From Lama glama (taxonomy: Eukaryota), in NCBI GenBank assembly GCA_028534125.1, contig CM052818.1:19594001-19658000 (forward strand): 64,000 bases of DNA. Direction: 5' to 3'. The first letter of the stretch is position 1, and every line of letters starts with the position of its first letter. The notes beneath the pieces were generated by a model that saw nothing but the letters and a program-made list of their open reading frames with translations, was not told the origin of the DNA and did no database searches. Both the position numbers and the translations under genes were made by a program. Below are positions 26,901-39,351 of the stretch, one piece after another.

Positions 26901-29769
26901 TTTTCTTTTTTTTAAATCACTTGGTTAGGTTCTTTCTTTTTATATGAACAAACCTCATCACAATCAGCTGCACCCTGGGGTTCCCCTGCTCCATCCTGAC
27001 CAAATCTAAACCGGATGTGCGTTTGAAAGAAAATGTACAGAGTAGCAACCACCTTCCCCCCCCGGGGAAGGTGGCAGGCAGCAGCCTCCCCGGACAGGAA
27101 GAGAGGGTAGAGGCCCCTTCTGCGGGAGCATCTCCTGATCCTTCACTCCCACAAGACCAGAAAGAGGCCTCCCACTCCAGCCGGTTTTCCCCTCCTGCCC
27201 CTGCAGTGAAATCCATGTTCTGGGAGCTACACCTAGTTTCTGTAGGAAATCCCCACAGATATGGCAGGTCTCAGTCCGTAAAACAGGGTTCTTCTGGGGT
27301 TCAGCTTCCTCCCTCAGCACCTTCCTCCCCTCTCCCAAATTATGGGAGAAGCTTCCACTCACTGACTGTAAGAGTCTAACAGGCCAGGTAGAACTTTAAG
27401 AATTTCCCTCCTGGGCTGCTGAAGGGTCAGCGCCAACATCTCCTCAGAAAAACAGGCTCTCGATCCCTCGAGTGATTAAGAAACCTAGTGGAGAGAAAAC
27501 CAAAATAGCAGAAATCCAAAAAATGCCCTAAGCATGGGCTTCAGGAGTCATGTGTTTTCCTTCCTCATGTCTATGTGTGCACGTGCCTGCGTGCGTGCGT
27601 TTTGGGATAAGTGTGTCTGGATTTAATGGTGAGAGAAAAATCACTCATAAAACCAAACCTAAAAATTGGCAAGAGAGACCCCACTGCCCCCAGCCTCCGT
27701 CTCTGTGCTGGTCAGTTCCCACAGTGCGGCCAAGCCAGGCTCCACCCTTGTCCCTGTCACTAGCAGCCTTGGTGGCAGGGACTCGCTCAGGTTTGGGTAC
27801 TGTCTCTGCCACATACTCATTATGTGACCTTTCTGGCCCTTGGTGTCTAAAATGAGGACAAAAATTCCTGCCCTCTCCACAGGGTTGTTTTCAAAAATGT
27901 TTCTTTAAATAGAAGAAGCACTTTATAACCATACCATACCATTTATAAACTATGCATATCAGTGTTTCCCAATAATTCTTCATAGAATATGGTCAAAGTA
28001 AGTTTGAGAAATGTGGTGTTTATACCCTAACCTCAGCTTGAACATCACATGCAGGTGAGCACATTAAAAGCTCTAAGAAGTCCTGCAGTTTAAAAAAAAA
28101 AAATCAGTTTAACCATATTGAATCTGTTAGATCCAATGTCTTAACTATTTTTTTGGCTTTCCAAACCCTTTTGTCCTGCGATACCAATTAATTACTCAAC
28201 CTCCTTGAGACCTCTAAAGAACAGCTTAGGAAGTACAGCTCTTTTATAAACTCCAGGAGGTCCCAGTTCCCGCCTTGCGCCCAGAATGTTTCTCTGTGGT
28301 GCTGCCAGCATCACTTAGATTCCCACACCCTGTCCAGGCCCCAGTGCCCTCTGCATGGGTCAGTTTCCATTCCCACCCTCACCAGCCCCACCCCACTACA
28401 TCACCCCCCACAGGGAACAGAGGGGGAACCCGCAATTTATTTAGTCTTCCCTGGTAGAGGCGGACTCACCAGTTTCTCCCAAACATGCAACTTTAGCTGT
28501 GGCCAGTGCTCTTCACTCCCACACTCAGACCTATCTCAAAGCCTCGAACCAACTGTCCATCCCTGCCACCTACCCACTTCAGTGTCCATCCATCCTTCCT
28601 CTTCACTCTGCCCTTCCCAACACCAGTTAGAGGCCAGTACAAATTCTCCTGCTTCCTGAAACCTCCTCTTCCTCTGAGCCCCACAATCTAACACATAATT
28701 GCCCTCTGATCACCCCTCTGCGTCCCCATCCATTTTGTCATCTCTTCAAGCTGGGGTTTTGTCACACACATTTGAGAGCTAATAGTGCAAGTGGTTGAAA
28801 GGATGTACTTAGAAACCTGGGTTCCAACCCTGGTTCCACCACTTACTGGCTGGATCAACAAGTTACTTAAGTTCTCTGTGCCTCAGTTTCCTTACCAGTA
28901 AGTGGCAAACAAGAGTAATTGCTTCATGCGGTTGTTGGGAGAAATTAAAGAGGTGATTACAGTGCTTAGGACACTGACACACAGTGAGTACTAGTTAAGT
29001 GTTAACTATTACTTATTGTTACTGTCATTCAGTGTCCCCACAGAGCATTCCACAGGCTGGCAGTCTTTAAAACTCTTTATATCTGTATTTATCTACTCCC
29101 TGCCTCTTTCCACAAAGGCTCTGAAGCGGCTGTGCACAAAGAGAGGGCTCAGGAAGGGCTCTCCAGGCTGAGCTGAAGGCACCGGGAACAGGATTTGAGG
29201 TTGGAGACTGGGGCGGGGTGTTCCCCTAGTGCCACATCAGGGCGCTTTCCTGCCCCAGCACAAGATCCCAGGCCAGCCAAACCAGCCCTACTGCTAAAGC
29301 TACTGACTGCCAGGGTTAGATGGGCCCAGAGTCCAACCACAGAAGAGGAAACTGAGGCTTACAAGACGAGAGACAAGGCCGCTTTCCCACTTCTCCATTA
29401 CCCATCCCTGACGCTCATCAAGCCCACAACCATATCAGCTGTGCTCAGAGCTTCACTGCCAACTTAACCAGGGGGAAAGAAAGGGAGGGAAAACAGTGAG
29501 ACATAGCTTTCACCTGATGAAGTTTAGGAACCCGAATGGGGGTTGGAGGGGCGGCGCAAGAGTCCAGCCTGTGTCCTGATCTGATATGTGTCCGTACCAT
29601 CATTTCACAGTAGACCAAGAAGTCCACATGATCCGAAAGGGGAGAAAGCAAAACCCGTTTACCTCTTTCCCTCAAAGCACCCAACCTGAATGTGCGTTTT
29701 CTTGTGGGGCAGAAGAACCTTCCTGACTGCTCCCACGACCAGCACTGCATCAAGGGCAATACCGAAAGC

Positions 29770-30900
29770 AGCCATTGCCGGCCGCAGGCAGTCGGGGCCT
29801 GCTTCCTGGAGGAGGAGGCGCGTTTCGCGGGCTCCGCGCTCGTGAACCAGCCCCTTCCCTCACTCACCGGTGTCCAGGGAGGTGAACACTGCGTTCGGGC
29901 TGGCTCGCCGGCCGCTTCCGCCGCCGGGCACTACTAGCGTCTGCATGTGCCGGACCAACTCGGGCATGCGGTCCCAGTGGCCCTCGGCGCGGCAGCGCTC
30001 CAGCTCGCTCTCCATCTTCAGGTGGGAGCTGTGCGCGCCCTTCGCAGCCATCTTCGAGCGGGCGCTGTCATGGGAGGTGCGGCCGAGAAGTGGAGACCCG
30101 GCCGGGGGCGGCGTCCCGGCTGGGGCGCACACGCGGGCGGAGTCGACGGAGGCGCGAGCGGCGACCGGGGCCCGGGTGGCAGCGGGGGCCCAGGAGGCGG
30201 CGGGCGAGCAGCAACCGCAGCACCGAGCGCACCGCTCCGCGCCTCTGGGCTGGGGCTCCGGCTGCGCGACCCGGACGCGTCCAGGAGCAGCCTCCGCCTC
30301 TGCCGCAGCAGCTCCTGGCGCCGCTGCCGCCGCCGGTGCTGCAGCTGCTGCCACAGTCCCCGCCCCGGGCCGGGGCGTCGCCAGTTGCGGACCCGCCCCC
30401 GGCGGCGGCACCAGCTCCGTGGGGGCGTGGCGCGGCCTCGGCGAGCCCGGGGCGCGGGCAGCCAACGCGGCCGCAGCAGCCAGGCGCGCGCTGGGCGCTC
30501 GCGGCCGCACCGGGGCCAGCCCCGCGCCGCCGCCGTGGATGACGACGATTCGGCCCTCACTTTAATGCTGTCCGGAGCCCCGGCGCTCGGGGGCGCCTCG
30601 CTCTCCGTCCCCTCCCCATCCCATCGGGGCTCTTGGCCTGGGAGACACCCGCCCTGACCACCCGGCTTTGTATGGTGGCCCCGTCACCACCGCTGTCTCC
30701 GGCACGTCACAAATCCGGGGAGAGGCCGGCCGGCTGGTCGCTCCTGACTCCGAGGGCGAGCCTCATTGGGAGCCGCCGGCCGCCGCCCGGGTCCCGCACT
30801 GCTAGGCCTTGCGGGCCTTGCGGGACACCCCCGGGCTACTTGGGACAACACCGGCCGGTTCCAAGACCCGCGACTCTCCGGACGCCTCTGCTCCTAGAGG
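29770..30900 (-). promoter_or_regulatory. TTC7A: TTC7A CpG island, promoter and GC-rich 5' UTR
   Basis: Very high GC and CpG density around exon 1. CCAAT (minus) at 30765-30769, TGACGTGC (minus) at 30702-30709, and a YY1-like AAGATGGC over the ATG. Confidence 0.9.
29868..30051 (-). CDS. TTC7A: Tetratricopeptide repeat domain 7A (PI4KIIIalpha scaffold), coding exon 1, 184 bp
   Basis: Strong Kozak aagATGG at 30051. Translates [39 protein letters not shown]...SLDT, which matches the recalled TTC7A N-terminus. Donor G|GTGAGT follows 29868. Lies in a CpG island. Confidence 0.97.
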
Positions 30901-33900
30901 CCTTGTACTTTCTTTTTTAAGAGAGGAGTTCCTCTTTCCAACCTGTCTCTCCCCACCCCAACTGGCTGACCTCTGCGGAATCCTGTTGCTCTGGTTTTAA
31001 ACTGTGACTCCAACTTGGTATTTACTAATTTTTAAATTCTGATGTCTAAAGACTATGATCAAAGCTGTACAGAGCTCTTAGCAGCGCTTAGCCCGCTGCT
31101 GTGGAGGGTGCTAAGAAGTTCAAAGGATTACAGGGCGGCCTGGAAGGAAGAGGCCAGAGAACACCCTCTGCCTGAGACCTGTTATGGTGGCCCCGCCTCC
31201 GGACGGCTTACAGTCCAGTGTGGGGATGGAGGCCATCACGCAAGAAATCACTGCAAGACCAAAACAGCAAACCAAAACTATTTAAGTGACATAGTACATG
31301 GCACAGATGGAAGACTTCAGAAGACGGTAGAGTCAGAGCAAGCTTTTGTTTGGACCCCTAAGAGTTAGAAGGTGTCCACCTTCCTTCTCAACCAACCTGA
31401 CGTATGACCTTGGGAGTGAGCTTCACCGCTTTCAGTGTCAGGAGACTCTGCTTTGTGCTTCTGGACAACTGTAACCTTGGGAAGTTATCATCAAGCGGAG
31501 CTCAGGCTCCTGGGCCCTTTACCTGCGTAGCCACAACAGGTTATCGGTTGAAGGCAGCCTTCCTGCCTGTCCCCCATCTACCCCCTGGATACTCTCTTCT
31601 CTAGGTTCCAGATGCAGCTCCATTCCTTGCTTGGGGGGCAGAATTCCTCATCTTGGCTGCTGCTCTGAGCTCCCAGAGGCCAGGAGGCAGATGAAGGAAA
31701 ATGAGGATAGCTCTGGCGGTTTACTAGTTTACACAAACGCCTCCTCCTGTCAACTGCTCTAGCTGGCTTTTGGTTATCCCTTGGCTGCCCTTGCTGGTCA
31801 CCAGAACTGGATTTCATTTGGAGACAGCTGTGTGTGTCCTCTGGGTGAGGGTGGCCTGAAGACAACCTGGTGATTTGCCCCAGAGTCAGCCCTGGGACAG
31901 ACAAAAGCAGAGTTGATAAGAGGAATCCTGACACAATCAGGAAATGTTCTCTCCTCCCTCTTTTCTCTCCAATCCTTTGCCAATTCCCGCCCCCATTTTG
32001 CCAGACTCCAGGGGACTAACTGAAGGAGAATTACTGCCTGTTTCTTTGACAGGTGCACCAATATCTGTGTGAGCATAGGGCGTGGGAGGGAAGAACACAG
32101 CATTATGGTTAAAACTTACGCGCTGCCCCTCAGCGCTTCGGAACACAAGCCAGACCCCTTCACTGCTCTTTTCCAGCAGAGAAAGACCCCAGCCTACCAG
32201 TGGTCAGCATTTTACAAGGGAGTAAGAGACTGTAAGAACAAGAACTGAGAACCACCATAACTGAATCAGTAATATTTGCCAAAATCAATGGCAATAGGAT
32301 ATGTGGTGGTGGTTTTTATTTTTTGATAATCTGGAATCTCTCAGATGAATGTTTAGGACAAATTCTGATAAACACTGCTGTCATTTGCCAGTTCAAAAAT
32401 GCTACCAAAATAACTTGCTGATCAGGCAAAGCTGAGTTCATTGCTTACCAGAGTGAGGGAGACTACTAACTTGACAGACTTTGTAGCATCTCAGAGAAAG
32501 TAAGGAAGTTTACAGGAGCTAAATCGACTTGCTGAGAAATGTGTATTTTCAGGGAGCAACAAAGATGGTACATGGTGAGGGACTATCTGATTTAAAGGAG
32601 ACTCTGAAACCAAGCCAATGGTTCAGATGCTGCCCCTCTGTTAAGTGGGAGGCTCTTGCCACTGGATTACAAGAGGCTAAGCTATTTGTCTTTATTCTCA
32701 TGAGGTTAAGGGCATGGTGAGATCTTGGATTTACTTATAGGTTGAGAGGTTTATCATGTTTAGTTAGGCCCCAAATGGGAAAACACTGAACAGCTCATTT
32801 GAACTCACAAAAAACAAGTTCATGTTTGTTCCCAGAGAAAAGGTTTGGTTACCAAGGACTTGGGTAAGTCAAATAGTGATATGGGAGTTTCAGAAAAGTT
32901 GGGAACACCCTGCCTGCAGTGGCCGGTGAGAGTCAGGAATCCTCATAACTGTCTCTTAGTTGACCGGGAACCTTTTGCACAGCTGGTTGTCTGGAGTAGG
33001 AGGTTTACCTCCATGGGATAAGTCTTGTCTTAAGTCATGTACTTTCCTTTGACAAATTGTTAACTTCCCTCTGGAACCTGTATGCCCGCTCTGAGCTAAA
33101 AGAGTAAGCAGAGAGATGAATCCACTTTAGAGCTCACCTCTTCTTTGGAACACAGAAGATTGTTCACATGTTGGATTAGAATAGGATCACAAGACAGTTT
33201 CAAGCTCTGGAGGTCCTGGGTGGGGACTTGTGAAAAGTAGGAAGGCACCAAAGAAACTGAGGCATAGTGGTCCAGGTTTGTCACTGGTTTTCCCTGAAAA
33301 GGACAAATATTAACTTTTGATTTAAAGAGACATCAAAGAAAGCACAACATAGCTCTACAATTGTACAGCACAGAGTCAGTTTCCTTAGGTCTTGAGGATA
33401 AAATAGTATTTGAGTTTGGTTCTGAGGGGAAGCAAAGAGCGACTTACTTACGGCCCGGGGGGACCTAAGTGAATCTATACTCCTGCCTACAGGATTTTTG
33501 ACTGGGGGAATGGGAGTGTCACAAAGACTAGGACAAGGTATGAAGACTCCTTTCTCTTTCAGGCTTTTGATGATTAGTTTTATTTCTCCTTCAGTACCTT
33601 GTTTTACAGGTTATTTGGCAAGTTTAGGTAGAGGTTTCTATGGGTCAGTCTGAACCTTGAGGGGTTTAGTTCCAGTAGAGTATCAGTAGAATTGTTTGCC
33701 CACAAGAGAGCTTCAATCTATGCTTCATTTACACACAAAAGTACTGGTAAATCAATATCCACAATGGCTAGAACCTCATTATGAATAGGGAGGTCCTCAG
33801 GGACTGGAAGGAAGAGGCCACCAGGAGAGCACTTAATGTTTCAATCCATTCACACAGTAAATCCCTTGCTGTGAAGTTAATGAATTGTGGTGTCACAAAG

Positions 33901-34025
33901 GAGAAAAGAACATTCCTTGGTTAAAAGTTCAAGGCTGTTGGTTAGGCCCTGGGCCTACAGAAAGTGTGGTGAGGATTAGTAGACGCCTGACAGAGTAGTT
34001 TGTTGACTCCAAGGAAAAGGTTGTC

Positions 34026-34470
34026 CAGATGGTCCCTGATTTATGATGGTTTGACTTTCCAAACTTTAAGATGGTAGGAAAGTGATATGAGCCCAGTAGA
34101 AACCGCACTTTGAATTTTTATCTTTTCCCTGGGCTAGTGATAGGAGGTGAGATCCTCTCTTGTGATGTGGGTAGGGCAGTGAACCACAGTTCCCAGCCAG
34201 CCACGAGATCATGAGGGAAACCAACCAATACACTTACAGCCATTCTAAACCCAGAAGACCGTTCTGTTTTTCACTCAGTACAGTGTTCAATAAATTACAA
34301 GAGATATTCAACACTTCATTGTAAAATAGGCTTTGTGTTAGGTGATTTTGCCCAACTGTAGGCTGAGCACATTTAAGTAGGCGAGGCTAAGCTGTAAGTA
34401 GGTTAGGTTAATTAAATGCAGTTTTGACTTACGATATTTTCAACTTATGATGGGTTGAGGAAGATCTGTA
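34026..34470 (-). mobile_element. MER47/Tigger5-derived MITE
   Basis: Reverse of cccatcataagttgaaaatatcgtaagtcaaaa...cctacagttgggcaaaatca, with terminal cagatggtccctgatttatgatgg. Confidence 0.8.
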
Positions 34471-34512
34471 TAATTTTGCTCAGGTTTAAGGTTGATATTA
34501 TTGTGACTATAT

Positions 34513-35037
34513 TGATACAGGAAAATGGGGCATGAGAAGACGGTCGTGTCCCAAGTCTCGGTTGAGTCCCTGGGACGCGCCCCGCCAAGTGAGGGTCCTT
34601 GGCTTCACACAAGAAAGAATTTAAGAGCAAGCCATAGTAGAGTGAAGGTAGATTTATTCAGAGAGATGCACACTCCATAGACAGAGTGTAGGTATCTCAG
34701 AAGGCAAGACATTTGAGAGAGGCTGTGGAGTGCAAGGCTGTTAGTTTTTATGGGCTTGGTAACTTCATATGCTAACAAATGGGAGGATTATTCCAAATAC
34801 TTTGGGGAAGGGGCTGGGAGTCCCAGGAATTAGGCCATCACCCACTTTTTGACCTTTTATGGTTAGCCTCAGAACCAACGCGGCACCTGTGGGAGTGACA
34901 TTTAGTATGCTAATACATTACAATGAGCATATAATGAAGCTCAAGGTCTACTGGGAGTTGATTCTTCTGCTATCTTGGTACTAATTGATGTGTCGTTCTT
35001 TTAATGGTTGTGCCCTGCCCCCTTCCCTCCTGTCTCA
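34513..35037 (-). mobile_element. MER41-like ERV1 solo LTR
   Basis: TG...CA termini with a 4-bp TSD ATAT. The minus strand reads cattatatgctcattgtaatgtattagcatactaaatgtcactcccac...gaataatcctcccatttgttagcatat...aataaa...aattctttcttgtgtgaagccaaggaccctc, collinear with recalled MER41. Confidence 0.8.
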
Positions 35038-38000
35038 ATATCAATCAAAATCTATAAGATTGTCTTTTAATTTTTAGAGAAATGTTTCCTTGTGGGTTTA
35101 AGGGTAGAATGGGAATTGAACACCTTCAATGATAACTTTCTTTTTTTTTTCTTTTTCCTTTAGTTTCTTAGTTATAGAGCTCTTTCAAAATAGCTCAAGG
35201 TTTTGGAGGTTTGACCTTGGGGCTATTTCCCATCCTATTTTTTGCTTGCATATTAAATCCCCAATTTCTGTTTGAAGCCATTCACAAAAGGTAAGAGGGA
35301 GAGCCATGGTCACATCTGCTTTAGGATTTAGAACTGAATGCTGTCCCTATCCTTAAGTCTCCGTCAGCCTTCTCTCTCTTTGGCTTGAAGAACTGAATCA
35401 GACCACAATCTGTCTTCACAGGAAAGACAGAGGATAGCCTCCAAAAGACTTGACCCACACCTGCAGCTTCTCTAAATTCCTTCTCTAATCACTATGCAAT
35501 TCAAGGTCTTTTCAGTCATTGTTGGCAGTCTTCCCATTCTGACTGTTTGATTGAACTTTTTGCAACATATGAACTGTGGTATATTATCTGGCCACCCTGG
35601 AGTATATGTCCCTCGAACTATCCTAAATTCCTCTGCAGTGTTCTATCTTGTCTAAGCCTTGGAGAGTCTTTGACAATGGCTTTCAGCTGAGAATGAAACC
35701 AGAGCTTAAAATTAACCATAAGAGGTTTTCTCTGTGCTGAAGGAGATTTACCTTAAAGAGGGAAGTGAGGTTTGGGGTATCTAGCTGGTCAGGAGGGAAG
35801 GAGAGGGTAGGTCAGAGAGAGAGAGATGGAGCAGCAGGAGATGGAAAACGTGGGATGGAAGAAGAGGAATAATGTGTTTGAGTTGCAGTTTGGGGGGATC
35901 TAAAAGACAGTTTTAAGTTCTAATTTTTCTTTTGAAAAGAATCTGTTAAGGAAGCAATTCTGGAATCCAATTTCTTTTGGAGGCTTCCTCATGCTAACGA
36001 AAAAATGAAGACTACTGAATGTTTGGAATTGTTCCCTTTTTCTTCCAAAGCACTTCTCAAGTGAATAACTTCTTTCATATCAAAAGTTCTTATAGGGGCC
36101 ATTCTGAATTATCCTTGGTGAAATGATGCTATTTAGAAAGATAAGTGCACAAATTTGGGCAATAGCATAAATACAGGTAAGAAGCGGAAGTTGGGCCCAA
36201 GGAAGGCATGGACTGGGGTTTATATTAAGAGAACTCCATGAGAGCTTTGGACTGTCAGTCAAGAGTTGCTTGTGCATCCCGTGGCTCAGGGCCTCTCAGC
36301 CTCACAGCTAGACCTTATCCAACTGCAGCTGATGAATTTATAGTTCCCACCCGGTGAAGGGTGTGGAGAGATCTCTGCTGAACCAAATTCTCACAGACAA
36401 AACAAGTCTCAGGAAAGTTCTCATAGGGTGTTGATCAGTGGCCTGAGAAAATTTTTCACTGGGCTGGCTTAGGGACAGATTTATCAGGACCCACACCTGC
36501 CCTCTTCGCCATAAACTTTATTCTTCTAGATGCACAACAATATATGACCAGGACAGATACAAACAGTAGCTTGGTTAGTGATAAGGTGGATATCCACCAA
36601 GGAGAAAAGACTTTCAAGTACAGTCAGGTAATCAAAGAATTCCTTTAAAGGATTCCTCATTGCTGAGAAATAAAATGGACTCAGTATCTGGGAAGCTCAA
36701 TAAAAAGGAGACTTAAAAAAAGAAATTGGCACTCAGGCCCAGTGCAAGCCTTACATCTCTCACTAGTGAAGCCCAAAAGACCCCCGAAAGGCTTGAGGGC
36801 CTCAGAGGAGCACACTGTTTCAGAGTCAGGGGTCTTGCACTACAGTGGTGAAGGGGGTCTCCACTGGATCTCAGTGAGCCTCCGTAACTGAATGGTGGCT
36901 CCCTGAAAAAAACCATCAGAACAGCTTTATGATAACACAAGTCTGAGTTCGTTCTTATTACAGGAAGGAAGAACACTACTCTGCAAAGTCATAGTAGCAT
37001 CTAGATTGGGGAGACAAAGTCAGGATATTTATGAAGTGTTGGGATCTATTTGAAGGTAGCTCTTTCAGTGAGGGGGCTTGATTAGGGCCCGGGCAAGAAT
37101 CATGATACAATAATTGAAGGTTGCTGGATAGGGCAACGTGAGGGTTTTGAGGTGAGAGTTTCAAAAAGTCTCAGAGAGTAGAGTGGTTGGATGCTAACTA
37201 TCGAAAAGTTGCAGTTTGTTTAAACGGTTTTTCTTCTTGAAATTTCTGCAAAAAATGATGGTTACAACTTTTACCATCCCGGACAAGAGTTTCCTGCAAT
37301 AAAAAAATCACATCAGTGTCAACAGTGAGCTGTCTAGGTGTTTGGTTCTTCCTGTGCACTGACTCAAAGATGTTACATACGATTATTCCAACATCCCCTT
37401 GCCTCCATCAAATCACTCTTGTTTATACTGGCTATTACAGTGGCAGTGAGTCATTAGGCCATCCAGAGGTGGAGGAAGCCTGATGGGATGTTCTCCTCAC
37501 CTACCACTCCAGCTGCTTCTTTCACACTATTGGATTTGCCATTTGGCGTCTCCAAGGGCCCTGCATTCCCAACAGGAACCCTAAAAATACTCAATCTGAA
37601 TGTAAATTAAACCCTTGGTTCACAGTCAACAGTTTTTTCGTCCACTCAGATCATCAGGGTATGTAATGTAGAGCACAGTGACAAACTACCTCTCCCGTGT
37701 TCCATAGTGACGTAGCCCAAACCCTGGTATATGGAAACCAAGTTTTACTTATTACCATGATTATTGGCTCATAGCATTTCTGGTCCATGATGTAACTCAC
37801 GTCGTAATTATCAGTGCTGTGGACTGGCAGCCAAACCAGCCCTCCTAGAATGTTGACATGAATTCTGCCAGGGGCTGGCTCGTATAGTCTCATTTTGAAT
37901 TGTCCCCTTTGTGGTTGTCTTGAGCTTTTTATGCCCTGGGATGATGCATATTAGTAAGATTCAGGATGGGATTTCATTGTTTAAAGGAGGGGAGGGAACA

Positions 38001-38396
38001 GGATTGTGAAAGGGCCAAGTGAGTTGATGTTCTAAGGTAGGTCCTTGTCAGGCAAGTTAATCTTAGTGAAGAGTGCATAGGAAAATGGACAAGCTGGAAA
38101 GTAATCTCTAAAACTATCTGTGCCTTGGCAACCTTGGAATGTCTGCACATATCCTCTAGTACTCATGCGCTGTATGAACAGTGATGTGTCATTATAACGG
38201 AATGGAGAGTTTAAAATTTTTTTTAAATCACCAACTCTGAATTTAAAATTCTTGGCTCAAATCACAGTCAGAGCCTCTTAAAATGTCTTAAAAGATCTCT
38301 TTCCTTTTAAAGTTGCTGAACATAAGCAGCTAAAATCCAGATTCAGTGCCTGATACCATGGGAACCCATATTACAACATAAGATGAATTTACAAAC

Positions 38397-38943
38397 TGTC
38401 GGCTTAAAAAAATGTACAACGTAAAAAAGTTGTGAGTTAAGTTTTATTCAGGGAACTTACTGAGGACTATAGCCTGAGAAACGGCCTCATGGTTGCTCTG
38501 AGGAGACTGCTCTGAAGAGGCAGGGGAGAAGCCAGTATATATATACATTTTTTGGCTGGGAAATACCTGTGGTCAGGCATACATCTTGGTAAAAGATTAC
38601 TGCTAATCACAAAGAACAGATATCTGGGGTAGGGGATATAGCTTGAATGGTAGAGCGTATGTTTAGCATGCACAAAGTCTTGGGTTCAATCCCCAGTACC
38701 TCCATTAACAAAAATTAATTAGTTAATTAAAAAAAATAAAGAACAGATATCTATGTCTGGGAAGATGCAAGAATCTGGAGTCATTGAAATTTCTCCTCAG
38801 ATATGCATCTTAATTATCTAGGGTCCCGGATATTCAAAGCACACAATGTTTCATCCTGATTTTTCATCCTGAATTCTGCTCAGGGTGCACTGTTGGTGGA
38901 CAGCTGCAGTGGGTTATGACCCTCTTTGTTCTTTTTGTTTACA
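38397..38943 (-). mobile_element. ERV1-type solo LTR containing a Vic-1 SINE (about 38625-38738)
   Basis: TG...CA ends and clearly homologous to the 44030-44471 element. The SINE has a perfect TSD aaagaacagatatct. Confidence 0.8.
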
Positions 38944-38998
38944 CAACAAATGTCTCTTATGAGAAAGTTATAGCATTGATTAAGAACATATGGGACCT

Positions 38999-39351
38999 AG
39001 TGGGGAGGGTGTAGCTCAGTGGTAGAGTGCATACCTAGCATGCACAAGGTCCTGTTCAATCCCCAGTACCTCCATTAAAATAAATAAATAGTAAAATTGA
39101 AAAACCTAATTACCACCCCCCTACAAAAAAAAACTTCCCCTCTAAAAGAACAAAATAATATTCAATATCTTGTAATAACCTTTAATGAAAAAGAATATGA
39201 ATATGGGGGGAAGAGTATAGCTCAGTGTTAGAGCACATGCTTAGCATGTATGAGGTCCTGGGTTCAATCCTCAGTACCTCCATTAAAAATAAATAAATAA
39301 ACCTAGTTACCTCCCCTCTTCGAAAGATAAATCACATTAAAAAAAAAAAAA
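38999..39351 (+). mobile_element. Composite Vic-1 / L1 fragment / Vic-1 insertion
   Basis: Two SINE heads (about 39001 and 39204) lie inside one 17-bp TSD aagaacatatgggacct. Confidence 0.85.

Larger units (their letters stand above)
32380..37330 (-). mobile_element. Heavily decayed ERV1-like provirus: two related LTR-like ends with internal remnants
   Basis: Segments at about 32400-32560 and 36910-37050 are similar (ctgagttc..t...ttac..g...actact....gtagcatct). A leader-like ggaggctcactgagat reads on the minus strand at about 36870. No intact ORF. Confidence 0.5.

Noticed and set aside
29870..30657. Long plus-strand ORFs (231, 236 and 150 aa) across the TTC7A CpG island
   Set aside because: Low-complexity Ala/Gly/Arg/Pro translations expected from stop-codon depletion in very GC-rich DNA, and antisense to the real exon.
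39001..39075. tRNA-like A/B-box sequences here and in the other copies
   Set aside because: These are SINE heads with A-rich tails and TSDs, not tRNA genes.
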